Part shown: positions 26,881 to 39,304 of the stretch, piece after piece
Layout of the letters: each line of letters begins with the position of its first letter
Numbering within the stretch: the first letter of the stretch is position 1
Assembly: GCF_006345805.1 (NCBI RefSeq)
Contig: NW_021833851.1
Location: 1 to 53,613, forward strand
Reading direction: 5' to 3'
Origin: Octopus sinensis
Lineage: Eukaryota
DNA: 53,613 bases
Notes under the pieces: generated by a model
Databases searched by the model: none
The model's input: only the letters and a program-made list of their open reading frames with translations
Told to the model about the DNA's origin: nothing
Made by a program: the position numbers and the translations under genes

Positions 26881-27769
26881 TTTATGTATATATTGATGAT
26901 ACAGATGATTTAGTGTATATATACGCGAAATATATATATGCGAAAGTAAAATCCGACTATTTCATCGGAGGCTACAGCCACAGGCATTTAAAGCGAACAC
27001 ATAGCATTTTTGAGAGATTATAAAGGTATAAATGCAAATAAATACGAGAAGGTTTCATTCCTACATTTATGTGGAATAGTAAATAAAGATTAGGGAGAAA
27101 ATGAACAGTATGTGTTTCTATAGACTTTTGCATAACGAGAGTTGCTTACTTTATTCTACCTACCTCTATCAGTTTATGCACAAACTCAACCCACCCATAA
27201 ATCTATATTGGTGTGTACATTACTCTATGCTTCTAAGTCTGTGCTCGAGACTATATATGTATATATATATGTACAAGTGATCTGTATTATATCAATATAT
27301 CATCGAAGCTAGAATGCCAATTCGTAAAACGAACAACGCAAAGTAACGATTCTCTGGAAAAATAGTTTCACTGTTATTATGAGAGAGAGAGAGAGAAAGA
27401 GATGGAGAAAGAGATCATGAGAGAAGGAGAGAGAGATTAGAGAGAGGAGACGGTTATAATCGAAAACATTTTTTGTAGATGGAAAACATTTAATCTCAGT
27501 GGTTGAAAATTTTTTTGAAACTCGCGACTGTAACATTCTCAGTCACAGTTTTAATTTGTAAGTCGTAAGAAGATAAATAAACGAAAAAGAAAACCCAAAA
27601 GCTTATAACAAACCTCAAGTAATTCTAAGTACAATAGTGCATGCTCAAACAAGGGAACTCACTCTAATGGAGACATCTCAGTAGAATTCTTGACACAGCG
27701 ATCACTATTAATCCTCGAGCAAGTGATATACACAGAGATGCAGGAAGTAAATAGACACCTACAATTTTC

Positions 27770-28170
27770 AAAATCTTTTATTTGATATTAATTGGTTGAA
27801 GGAGAGGTTTTCTTCTAGCTGCTCGTCCATAACACCCAAGCTTATCCAGATATGTAACACACGTTCTTGGACTAACTTCTAGGTGTTTTGCAATGTCAGA
27901 AACCTTCGAACGGGGTTCGTTTTCCACAATTCTCTTAAAACAGCGAAGCTTTCTTCCGTGGGCCCAGGTCGACCGGGACGAGAATCTATTGATTCTTTTC
28001 CTTACTTTTTGAATAGCACTATAATTCTATTAACAGTAGCAAGAGGAATTTGAAAATCTTCGACAATTGTTTGTTGGCTAAGACCAGCCTCAGATTATCC
28101 AACAATACGACCTCTTTGGAAATCTGAGAGTTGTGCTGAATTTTTTGAGCGTGGCAATGCTACTCTTCGC
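27770..28170 (-). pseudogene. Tc1-like transposase N-terminal (HTH) fragment
   Basis: Minus strand across frames: MPRSKNSAQLSDFQRGRIVG*SEAGLSQQTI...SRPGRPGP...DIAKHLEVS...LGCYGRAARRKPLL. Confidence 0.8.
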
Positions 28171-28517
28171 AAACGTTTAATATAATGGCACCTGGAATGA
28201 AAAAGAATAATTACATTGTAAATTCCACACAGCTTTAAAAATATTAGGACGCTTAGATCAGACATTTTGGAAATTAAAGCTGTCTATTGACTTCCTGCAC
28301 GTCTGTGTACGTCAATCAGTGAAGAAAGTAACTCCCAAAGAGGCTTCTTCAAGGAGTTGCAGGAGAAAATGTAAGACACGCAATGCAACAATGATGAATA
28401 AATTGAACAAGTATCTAGCTTTGTCTTTTGTATTTCATTCTACATATGTTCTTATTCAACACATCTATAATCAGACGTGTCTTGCTCATCATACGTTTTT
28501 ATATTGAGAAAAATATC

Positions 28518-28860
28518 AGGTTCAGTCCCACTGCGTGGCACTTTGGGCAAGTGTCTTCTACTATAGCCTCGGGCCGACCAAAGCCTTGTGAGTAGATTTG
28601 GTAGACGGAAACTGAAAGAAGCCTGTCGTATATATGTATATATATGTATATATGTGTGTGTGTTTGTGTGTCTGTGTTTGTCCTCCCAACATCGCTGACA
28701 ACCGATGCTGGTGTGTTCATGTCCCCGTAACTTAGTGGTTCAGCAAAAGAGACCGATGGAATAAGTACTGGGCTTACAAAGAATAAGTCGACTAAAGGCG
28801 ATGCTCCAGCATGGCCGCAGTCAAATGACTGAACCAAGTAAAAGAGTAAAGAGAGAGAGT
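28518..28860 (+). mobile_element. SINE family A, well-preserved copy lacking its 5' start
   Basis: ggttcagtcccactgcgtggcactttgggcaagtgtcttctactatagcctcgggccgaccaaagcc...internal microsatellite...ggcgatgctccagcatggccgcagtcaaatgactg. Confidence 0.92.
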
Positions 28861-28879
28861 AGAGTGTGTTATATTTAAG

Positions 28880-29100
28880 GTGGTTTGAAGGCGGTGCACA
28901 GGAAGGTCGTTAGCCTGCCGCCAAAAGGCTTGGAATTTCGTTCGCCTTTACGTCCCGAGTGCAAATTTCGTCGTGGTCAACATTGATTTTCATAATTTTG
29001 GAGTCGAGAAAATAAGTACCAATTGAGTTGTAGGGTTAATGTAATATACTTTCTTTCTCCTAAAATTGCTGGCCTTGTGCCATGAATTGAAAGCAATATA
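28880..29100 (+). mobile_element. Old SINE family B copy
   Basis: gagtgcaaatttc...tttcataattttggagtcga...aataagtacca...aaattgctggccttgtgcc. Confidence 0.65.
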
Positions 29101-29205
29101 TAAGGGGATTGGGTTTGTTGAACTGACATTGTTTTTGCTTTTTCCAAGTCGACCGAACGATCACGTAATGTTGTCCGTTTAAAAATATACAAGTGAAAGG
29201 TAACG

Positions 29206-29269
29206 TTGATGACAACGCCGATGATGATGGTGATGATCAGGAAGAGGAGTGCGGTGGAGATGATGATGG

Positions 29270-29300
<31 letters not shown>

Positions 29301-29410
29301 AGCGACGACGATGATGATGATGACGACGACGACGACGACGACAACGATGACGTTCATGATGATGGTGACAGCGACGATGACGATGTCCGCAACAACAACG
29401 ACGGCAACAG
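29206..29410. repeat. Degenerate (GAT)n/(GAC)n/(AAC)n trinucleotide tract
   Basis: Seen directly; generates the poly-Asp, poly-Met and poly-Ile ORFs. Confidence 0.9.
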
Positions 29411-30224
29411 CCTCTTATGCAGCATGTTTAAGATTCCACCAGATGTAAATAGCCATCACTTTGATCAGTTAACCCATGAGAATTCTTGAAAGAATCTCAA
29501 GCAGAATACCGAAGAAATCCATCCAGATAACGGGTCGGATTCTGACAGACACAGGATTATATCAGAAGAGATCTTTAACATGTAAAAACTCTTTGCAAAA
29601 ACCCCTCTGGATACCAAATCTATGTTGATTTTGCCACTGTTTGAATTTATTGAATCGTTCTATTTTAGCCACGAACAGACGTATTCACAACTTGTGATTG
29701 TCTGAAGATGCTACTTAAAGTTAACACAAAATCCTGAAGTATTGCTCTCGGTTGTCACAAATACAACAAACACATCTTAGAAACTTGCAAAATTTTCTCC
29801 TTGAACAGAGTCAAATAACAATGGCATTTTCATTTTCATTTTTTGTCATTTGTTTTTATTTTATGAAATGATAATTTATACAATGGTCGCTGTGGGCAAG
29901 ATTAAAACTCATTAATATACACTTGACGTTCGCCAGTTCGAGACGTATCAACCCTTGCAATTTGGCATCCATTTTGAGGCATTTCTTTAGCAGGAGACAA
30001 ATTCCATTTGCAGCACAGGATACAGCTCTAAGAACGTTGAAGACGAGTAAAAATGCATGAAGGTTTGCTCGTGCGTATAAGTATGCTTAAATGAGAATCA
30101 GAATCGCCTACATTCATTCACAAATTCATTTTCTCTATAAAGATCATTCGTTGTATAATTCTTCAATTTACTCGAGAAAATACCTTCCAGGTGTTGCTGT
30201 GTCGTTAGAAGTTTGGTTCCCTAC

Positions 30225-30369
30225 GACATAGGTCCGGGTTCATTTCTACTACGTGGAATTTTGAGCAGATGCTTTCTACTATAGGGCCGACAAAACATTG
30301 TGAGTGGATTTGGAAGATGGAAACTAAAAGAAGACCTTCGTATATATTATACGTTAGTCTTCTTTTAGT

Positions 30370-30433
<64 letters not shown>

Positions 30434-30675
30434 CATATATATATCTGTGTGTGTCCTTGTGTCTGTTTTTCCACCATCATCACTTGACAGCCGGTGTTAG
30501 TGTGTTTACGTCCGCATATGTCCACAGTTCGGTAAAAGATACTGATAAAAGTAGCTCCAAGCTTTCAAGGAGAAATGATAGTGGGATCGATTCTCGTTCG
30601 ACTAAAATTATTCTAGGCAGTGCCTCTGCATGGCCGCAGTCTAATGACTGACAGAAATAAAAGACAAAAAGATAA
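30225..30675 (+). mobile_element. SINE family A copy (diverged)
   Basis: tttgagcagatgctttctactataggg...gagtggatttgg...internal (TA)n...cacttgacagccggtgtt...gcatggccgcagtctaatgactg. Confidence 0.85.
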
Positions 30676-31314
30676 GAAAACCCTTTTATCTTTTTCGATT
30701 TGCTTTCATGGAGCAACAGGTGAAAATGATGTTATATCACATTTTTGTTACGCGCTACAATTTCGGCGAAATCTTATGCGCATCCGGTAAAGAAAACACT
30801 TTATTAATTCTGTATCTTTACATTTCGAATTCCAATCCTACCTGAATCATTGGTGCGTTTCATTCTCCAGAGGTCGATGAGATCAATATACCCGTCGAGT
30901 AATTGACTCTGTAGTACTGACTAACACATTTCCCTGGAATTGATAGCATTGAGCCTAAATCCGAAATCGTCATATTTTTTAATACTTTTGCAAATGATTT
31001 CGCTACAACTTTTATTCTTTCTTCACATTTAAACAACATTCACTATGTAAGTGAAATCGAAAACTTGACGCAATAAAACAAAACTAAATCTACACCGCAT
31101 AATATGTAAGGAATAAAGACAGGAAGAAAAGAGATTTAAAGCAATGTCAATGGATATTAACAGTGAATATCTATTAACAGCAGTAAACACAAACTTTCTG
31201 ATTCCGGTTTGTTATCCAACACATACATGAACACTCATATTCTTTGTTCTTATCTCCTGATGAGTTCTCGAAATATGGAGATGAAACGTATTGAAAATCG
31301 CTGGTGATTATAGC

Positions 31315-31690
31315 TTCAAATTTTGGTACAAGCTCAGTAATTTCAGGTGAGCGAGGAATACTCGATTATATCGGTACAATCGAGTATGCTTACATCATCA
31401 GCCCCAAAAGGATGAGAGGCTAATGTCACATCGGTGGAATTTGAACGCGGACGTAATGCTGCGAAGTATTGTGTACGGCGTGCTAATATTTCTTATTTCT
31501 TTACTGCTCACAAGGGGCTAAACACAGAGGGGACAAACAAGGACAGACAAACAGATTAAGTCGATTATATCGAAAAGATGAAAAGCAAAGTCGACCCCAG
31601 CGGAATTTGAACTCAGAACGTAACGGCAGACGAAATACCGCTAAGCATTTCACCCGGCGTGCTAACGTTTCTGCCAGCTCGCCGCCTGAA
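31315..31690 (-). mobile_element. Two tandem SINE family B copies, minus strand
   Basis: 31490-31690 is a reverse-complement match to the 21622-21838 copy (with an internal deletion); 31315-31485 is a more diverged copy. Confidence 0.85.
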
Positions 31691-32383
31691 GTGATTGTCA
31701 GCTCACCGGCTTAAATGGGAAGTGAATAATGAAATAAAAAAAGAAGTCATTGACGATATACATGGAGTGTCGAATGCGGAAAACTATCAACAAGAGCTTT
31801 GAGTAAGGAACCGATTAGGCTGAGCAAATATGAATATAGGACATTTACTTCATTTCAAAAATGTACACCAGAGACAAACAAGCGGAGGATATGTTTCTCT
31901 TATGACAGTTCTTTTCAATAAATTCAATCTATGGTTTAGCTCATAACCAAACATTTTCAACGTAAAACAACGTTATGGGAATATATGAATTCATGCATCA
32001 AAACAAAAGAAAATTTAAAAGCGAGGAATTCCCATTGGAATGACGAGTTATTATGATAATGTGGAGCTAACCCACTAAAAATATTCTCTCCCAGATTGAA
32101 GAGAGCGAGAACGAATCACGGCTAAAAAGGGGCATTACACTGTATGTATGTATGTGTGTACCTATTTATGTATGCATGTATGAGTGAATGCATTTATATA
32201 TGTATATGTATGTATAGACAGGTACACACACACACTCACATTATATATATTTTATGTTTGCGTGTGAAATTGTGAGTTTAGACATGGATTTACTCACTTG
32301 AATATCTATGTATATACATACAGGCATATGTCGTTCTCTCTCTCTCTTCCCATATATGTATATGTGTATATATATACACACAT

Positions 32384-32415
<32 letters not shown>

Positions 32416-33420
32416 GTGTGTGTGTGTGTATTTATATATATACATGCATATATGTGTGTGTGTGTTTCTTGATAAATTCGAGGCCACTATATTTCACAAA
32501 TGAAATTCATTTTGATCTATTACGTCAAAATGTTTTCAGAAGCTAATTTTTCAAACAATTCCAGTATTATCTTCACTTCTAAGGATAGATTTGGCTTCAG
32601 CAAATGCAGGCCGGTGTATAGAACAGCTTTTCAATATCATTTAAAGTAAAAGCAACCACAAAAGTGAAAGCAAAAGTTATGATTTAAGAATCTTCAGTAA
32701 ATAAAGAAGCAACAATCTTGAGTGTCTTTTATTATATTCAATGCAACCAGTTTAAAATTTCCTGAAAATGACAGAAATGTCTTTATACAATTGTTTGTCA
32801 ATAAACAACATATTTCTCTGGCCCTTGACGTCATATATGTTTCATATTCGGGGAATTTGTGAGCAGATATCCCCTTTTTGAGTTTTATATAGAATGATAG
32901 TTCAAACCAAGTGAGACATTTTTGTTCAGTATTTTTACTTTTTAATTATAAAAACTGGAGGCGTCTTTAATGTTTGAATGTTTTTTTTAATGCATTAACT
33001 GTGGGATCATATCGATGAAGGCCATTTTTCTTTTGTCAGGCAGGGTCAAAGAACTATAGAAAGAACTTCATGGTAAGCATGCGTTTTATAGAACTTTGCC
33101 GTCACAAATCAGCCTCTGTTTACCTTACAACTGTAGAAAACTCTAGAAATGTTTTTTTTTCCCCACATGACAACTGGCTTTCATATATATTTTGATTATA
33201 TGGCCCGTTGTGGGAGAAGGAAATGCAAAACAGCCCCGATGACTTCTGCTATATTTATGGATGTTACACTTTACCTGGGCAGCGAAACGAAATCACAGAT
33301 TTCGTGAAGACGGCAGTCACCATACTTACCATTGTATGGAACTGGGTGATCAAGATAAAACCTTCGTACCCCATACGTGTCTTGAAGCACTGAGACAGTC
33401 ACTGTTTCAAATATTTAAGT

Positions 33421-33483
33421 CAGTGGCGTAGTGGTTAAGAGCGAGGGCTACTAACCCCAAGATTCCAGGCTGTGACTGAGCTA

Positions 33484-33538
<55 letters not shown>

Positions 33539-34012
33539 TAATAATAATAATAATTCTTGAAATAGAAATCAGCAAAATGTGGAAGCTGAAGACTAAAACA
33601 ATACCTGTTGTCATAGGTGCCCTGGGAATGATAGCGAAAGGGACTGATTGCTACCTAACTCAGATACCAGGAAACCCCAAACTGGCAGAAATTCAAAAGA
33701 TAGTGCTCATGGGAACTGCTCATATCCTACGCAAAATACTCTCTATGTAATCCCAAGGTTTAAAACAAACTTTTTTTTTTATTTAATCCCAAGGTTTAAA
33801 ACAAACTTTTTTTTTTATTTATTTATTTTTTATTTTATTTATTTTTTTTTATGTATTAGACATTCACTAGTACAACACCAAAAAAAGAAAAAAAAACCAA
33901 ATATATGGCACAGAACTTCTAACCTGTTGTCTCTTGAGGTCTCTGGGTGAGACTTGGAGCCAACTTGTACAGACATAAAGCAAAAGTCAAACATATAATA
34001 ATAATAATAATA

Positions 34013-34056
<44 letters not shown>

Positions 34057-34220
34057 GTAACATCACAAAAAATCCCTTAGAAATGATAATCCAGGTTCGA
34101 AATTTCGTCATGACACCTGATGAAGGCTGGAGGGTATATATTAACAACAAACAAGTTGAGGACAAATATCCGTGAAATGTAAATAATGTACATAATTACT
34201 TATGTCTTAAATATAGAACT
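33421..34220 (+). mobile_element. tRNA-headed SINE-like element with internal (AAT)n and a broken hammerhead core, hosting a Dong/R4 insertion
   Basis: A-box-like tggcgtagtgg 33424-33434 (B box missing), (AAT)n, then after the LINE insert ...tgacac CTGATGA aggctggagggtatat (core 34117-34123) with no GAAA half. Confidence 0.55.
33555..33995 (+). mobile_element. 5'-truncated Dong/R4-clade LINE (RLE C-terminus + 3' UTR)
   Basis: LEIEISKMWKLKTKTIPVVIGALGMI...IQKIVLMGTAHILRKILSM* (stop 33748-33750); (AAT)n on both sides. Confidence 0.9.
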
Positions 34221-34906
34221 ATATTAGTCTTCAACTTTGTTTTGTGAGAGAACTTAAGTTTGGCCTATTTGAGGAGTCACAGATGATGTCGCTATTGCAG
34301 GACGTGCAATATTTGGAGACAACGCCAGGCGTTGAAGCATGGGATGCTTTCGCTTCAGTTCTGTCCACTTTCCTTGGAAACGGGAATTCATCAAATTATG
34401 TTAACCAGTTTTCGTGCTCTGGGATGTAACATGAATGTAAGAATGCAGTTCCAGTACAGTCATGTGAACCAATTCCCTGAAATTTGACCAACGTAATTTT
34501 GAAATCAGCATTCTAGTTTTAGTCAAGATCTAGTGAAAAACACACTCAACAGAAATTTTGTTCAAAGTGTTTTCCCTCTGTAATAAACTGTACTTGTAAA
34601 TCTGTTTCATTCTGTTCTATAAGGTAATATTCCTATTAAATTTTTCCTTATTTTTTTGGTGGAATTTCTTATTTACATATATTTTCGAATTTAAGCAAAT
34701 AGCTTATTCTTGTTATTGTAAAGCGGTTATTTGTAATGTTGTTCTCGCTGTTGCTCTTGACGTATATATTTTATATTGTTTATATTTTTCTCTTTTTATT
34801 TCTATTAGAGATCAAAAGAAACAAATATATATTGCTTTTCTTTATCCAAATGACAAATATCATTTAACATAAACACAAACAAAACAGCAAATCTGAAACC
34901 TCACAT

Positions 34907-34945
<39 letters not shown>

Positions 34946-35010
34946 AATACAAACACCCACAGTCACATCCTCACATGCGACCCCACTCCACTAATGCAAG
35001 CTGCCTGCAT

Positions 35011-35044
<34 letters not shown>

Positions 35045-35389
35045 ATGTATAGATGTATCCATTCATATATATATATATATATGTATGTATGTATATACAT
35101 GTATGTGTGTATATATATATATACGCACATATATGTACATACATGTGACCGCATATATTTGTTCATACACAAATGCATATACAAATGTATACAAATAAAC
35201 ACATCATGTATGTTTACCTATATACATTCATATAAATATACTTATATAGACATACACTCTCCATATATGACTGTCCCCGTCTCTCTTTCTCTCTATCTAT
35301 ATATCTATCAACATGTATATATATACATACATATATAAGCGTGTATGTGTGTGCTTGGGCATCCACAAGTTTACGCGCGCTTTTGTGTA

Positions 35390-35441
<52 letters not shown>

Positions 35442-36224
35442 GGTATTCTTGTATGCATATACTTATAGGTTCCCGCGCTCGCACAAATACTTGCGCATCA
35501 CCCCATTACATTAACTCTTCTACTAAAGAAACAACATCTTTTGATGTATCTTTTTGATTGCCTCTTTCTTACATTCTTTCTTAATTTCTGTCTTCATGTT
35601 GTGCCTTCCCTTCAAGAAATAAATAATAGATGATCATTTGAACGTTATACAAGTTTTCGTTTGTTATTTTACTTATCCTTCTTTATTTATAAATAAAAAA
35701 AAAACATGTGTATCTCTTGAACGTAAGCGAGGGCCGTACACATCTTTAACTCTACTAGATATAGCAGTCAATGTGTCACGTCGCATTCATAGCGGTATTC
35801 CTAATATCAGAAATTTTTTTCTGGACATTTTTTCTGCATACTAGTAGATAGATTTACAAGGGCATAATTATTTCGAAAGTAAGTGTTGTCTACTAGGCCT
35901 GCTATGGAGTTAAGCAACACAACTCCTATGCAACTCGCACAACCACTCTCCTGCCATAAATATGAGTCTAATTTCTCTTTAAGTATACCCTATCATATTA
36001 AAAAACGCCTTATGCGTTCTCAGATATATGGAGTCTAAAATTGGGTTTGATTACATTTTGAAAGATGAATTTGACATCAATGATGATTAGCTTTTGATAA
36101 CGATACAATATGCCTGCGGAAAGAATTGGGAATGAGGAATTCATTCCAAAACATTGCATTGTCGGGTTCCATATCACTGCACTACAGTTTGTCTGAAGAT
36201 TTCGCTATACCCTCTGCCGGACAA

Positions 36225-37060
36225 TGACTAGTGCGTTTGATTTTCTTTCTTCCTTTGATTTACATAACCTACATCTGCAATCGACCTCATTTTTGTCTAT
36301 CATGTTTCTTATCCAGTTTGTCTTTAAAGCTTGAAATTGTGCTGCTACCAACAAACATTGTGTCTCCATTTTCAACCTTCTTTCTGGAACCGCAACTATG
36401 TCTCAGTAATATTATTTCATACATCTTTCTCTGCAAACCTACCATGCAAAGACTGATAATCATGCTTCTTCTTTCTTTTCTTTAAGTACATTTAGGATTT
36501 TGGTAATTCTGTCTACTACTGTAACACTAATGCTATTCATAAAATTTCTTCACTATTATATACGTTAGAGGCTATATATACTCTTGTTAACTCCAACAAT
36601 TTTTTACTGATATTAAGCCTCTGTCACCCTCCCTTCTAGGTAAATTCAATCCTAGTATTACTGATCTAAGATGAAGTCTTCAATTGATATAGAATTCTTT
36701 CCTACTTCTTCTGCCTAGATTTGCGAAATCAGATTTTGTCCACTCTACAAAAGCAACTAAACTGTGTCCACATATTTTGGAGCCATCATTAGTTTCGGGT
36801 TATTAAGCTTTGACTTCATTACCTTTTTCAGATTTCTGATGTACACCTTCTCAATTCTCTCTTTCATTTCTATTAGTACTCAGTCTCATTTTAATACAGG
36901 TATGCACTTTTAACTTTCTCCTACTTTCGCTGACTTTAACGTCATGTCATGTCATGTAGTAGTTGAACGCCTTCACTGCTGGCTACCTATTCCTTTTTAT
37001 GATGAATATTGCGCACTTATTTATTCCAAATTCGATACGAATTTTTTCCCCTTAAGATTA
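36225..37060 (-). pseudogene. Dong/R4 LINE ORF fragment: late RT, thumb and CCHC region
   Basis: Minus strand: IEFGINKCAIFIIKR (about 37035-36990), NLPRREGDRGLISV (about 36650-36610), LLVAAQFQALKTNWIRNMIDK...CRCRLCK (about 36360-36260). Confidence 0.85.
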
Positions 37061-37189
37061 GAATATTAAGTGAAGATTTTAAGATAAGGTCTCAGTAGAA
37101 TAGTAGCCTCAACGGAAAAGATTGTTTGAAATACATCAGCGGAGTTTTTTTTTTTACAGCCAAATAAGAAGTGTAGAAAAAACTACTGA

Positions 37190-37780
37190 AGATAACAGGC
37201 CTGGGACCAAATTTATTTCAAGGATACTGGTGAAAGAAGTAGAAGGTCATAGAGGGGTCCAAGGGAACAACTTCATGATTGCTTGAATGGAAGGATCATA
37301 CTTCATTTGATGACTGGAGGCAACACAATACTCTTTAGGAAATTCAAAAACAATGGTAATATAGCTAGTAATTATAGAGCAGTCAGTTGCTTAGCATTAG
37401 TTCGAAAGCTGTTAACAGGTCTGCGGTCCGAAAGGATTTATAACCACTTTGACAGCCAGATTTACTTCCAAAAGAACAGAAAAGTTGCAGGAAGAAAGTT
37501 AGAGTAACGCACGATATATTATGCAAAGAGGAAGAATATTCAAAAGAAGTGAAATTAAGAAAGAAAAAAAAATGAAATAGTAAGGATAGACACGATTTCA
37601 CAGTCATAGACAAGTGAAATGTTGAGTATATTCAATATTGCAGTCAACATAAGATAATTAATTAGCTATAATACAAAGAAATGGAAAGTAGATATTTACT
37701 CACCTGATACAGTCTTAGTGAAATTTAATATCAAAAAAGGAACTTTCCAGACCACTCCATATGCTACTCCATACATTTCA
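37190..37780 (+). pseudogene. Dong/R4 LINE ORF fragment: RT domains 0-4, inverted relative to 36225-37060
   Basis: GLGPNLFQGYW*K, MTGGNTILF..GNIASNYRAVSCL..RKLLTG, PKEQKSCRK, NIKKGTFQ. Confidence 0.85.
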
Positions 37781-38164
37781 ATTCTACTTGTTTTCCAGGA
37801 GTGTCGTATTATTGTCAAGCCATGCCGTGCTCAGGTGTCCGTGTCTTCTCCTTCATTTCCTGATATTTAGATTATAAATTAACAGCTGATTTTTCGTTCC
37901 CCAGCTCCTCCTTCGACACTCTGTCTGTCACATAAGTAGCAGTCCACTTTATTCATTAGTTCACCAGCCAAAATGCTTAGCGATAGTTTCCACGTTAGCG
38001 GAAGACACGTTACTGATCGAAAGTTAGCTGTTAGCTACAACATTTCCAGGCTCCTTGACACTTAACAATGTCTTCCCTTTGTCATCCGGTTGGGTACTTT
38101 GCATTCCTGCAAGCTCTCCTCAAGTCCTCCTGCTGTTCTATTATTTATATTATTCTGCCCCTGC

Positions 38165-38645
38165 GTATGTGGTAAGACTCTTGTTTCCTCTCATGGATCC
38201 AGGTTCAGTCCTACTGAGTGGCACCTTGGGCAAGTGTCTTCTGTTATAACCCTCGGCTGACCAAAGCCTTTTGTGTCGATTTGGAAATTGAACAAAGCCC
38301 ATCGTATATATATATATATATCTTTATATATAATTAAAATATAATATACAAATAATATTATATAATATATATATATATATATATACGATGGGTATGTGTG
38401 TGTGTCTTTGCGTTTGTGTTTGCCCTCCACCACTGCTTGACAACTGGTGTCGGTGTGTTTAACACCTAACGACACTAGCAGTTCGGCAAACGTGGCCGAT
38501 GTAATAAGTACAAGACTTCGCAAAAACATTAAATGAATAAATAATATAAAAATTAAGCACTGGGGTCGATTCGTTCAATAATAATTCGTTCAAGGTGATA
38601 ACGCAGCTTGGTCGCACTCTAATGAGTGAAGCAAATAAAATACAA
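38165..38645 (+). mobile_element. SINE family A copy
   Basis: ccaggttcagtcctactgagtggcaccttgggcaagtgtcttctg...gaccaaagcc...internal (TA)n...gcttgacaactggtgt...gcagttcggcaaa...ggggtcgattcgttc. Confidence 0.88.
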
Positions 38646-39144
38646 GATGGATGATGGAGCATTTTCCCTCCGTCTGGTGGCTGTCCGTATGGGTTGTGTA
38701 GTGAACAATCCTGAGGCAAATGAACAAACATTTCCCTATTCCACGAAGCCCTTGTCAACTTCTTAGCATTCCCTTTGTATTGGAAGTTGAGTTTCGAGGG
38801 TGCTGTGCTACTTCTTCAGCTGCACCTGTAAACTTGGGGGGTGGGGGATCATGGCGAAGAAAACCCGAATGAGTGAGCCTACTCTAAGAAGATGTCTGTA
38901 GGCTGAGGAAGAAGGAGGAGAGAAAGAAGCATCTGCCATGGAAATCCGGATGAGTAGGGTTGGGTGGTATCGGAGTATTTCCTTTGGTTCCCGTCGATAG
39001 CATTTAACTCTGTTGGAGAATTTTGGAGTTAGAATGTTTCCATAATTTTTATTCTTTACTTTTCGTTTATTAATAAGTCTTTTTGTAAATCCGCACTGTC
39101 ATCTCTCTTGTATTGTGAACATTTTGGATGGACCCTTGTGGTAA

Positions 39145-39155
39145 ATGAAGAAGAA

Positions 39156-39206
<51 letters not shown>

Positions 39207-39240
39207 GTTGTTGTTGTTGTTGTTGTTGTGTTGTTGTTGC

Positions 39241-39300
<60 letters not shown>
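39145..39300. repeat. (ATT)n-(GTT)n-(ATT)n compound microsatellite (tail/target of the adjacent Dong element)
   Basis: Seen directly. Confidence 0.95.
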
Positions 39301-39301
<1 letters not shown>

Positions 39302-39304
39302 TTT

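Larger units (their letters stand above)
33200..34570 (+). mobile_element. Chapaev3-like (CMC superfamily) DNA transposon remnant, internally deleted and interrupted
   Basis: N-terminal CKNSPDDFCYIYGCYT...ITDFVKTA...LGDQDK..VPH.C (33200-33400; GDQDK 33345-33359). C-terminal ELKFGLF...EAWDAF..VLSTFLGN..S.NY...FRALGCNM..MQF.YSH...FPE (34250-34490). The superfamily assignment is from recalled motifs. Confidence 0.7.

Noticed and set aside
29193-29489. Acidic poly-Asp ORF
   Set aside because: Fully explained by (GAT)n/(GAC)n microsatellite; no splice context or domain.
31252-31295. CUGAUGA...GAAAC GUA hammerhead-like spacing
   Set aside because: Stem I cannot form with the sequence after GUA; the alternative pairing gives a non-cleavable G at position 17.
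38785-38825. Minus-strand CUGAAGA...GAAAC motif
   Set aside because: No stem I or stem III complementarity.
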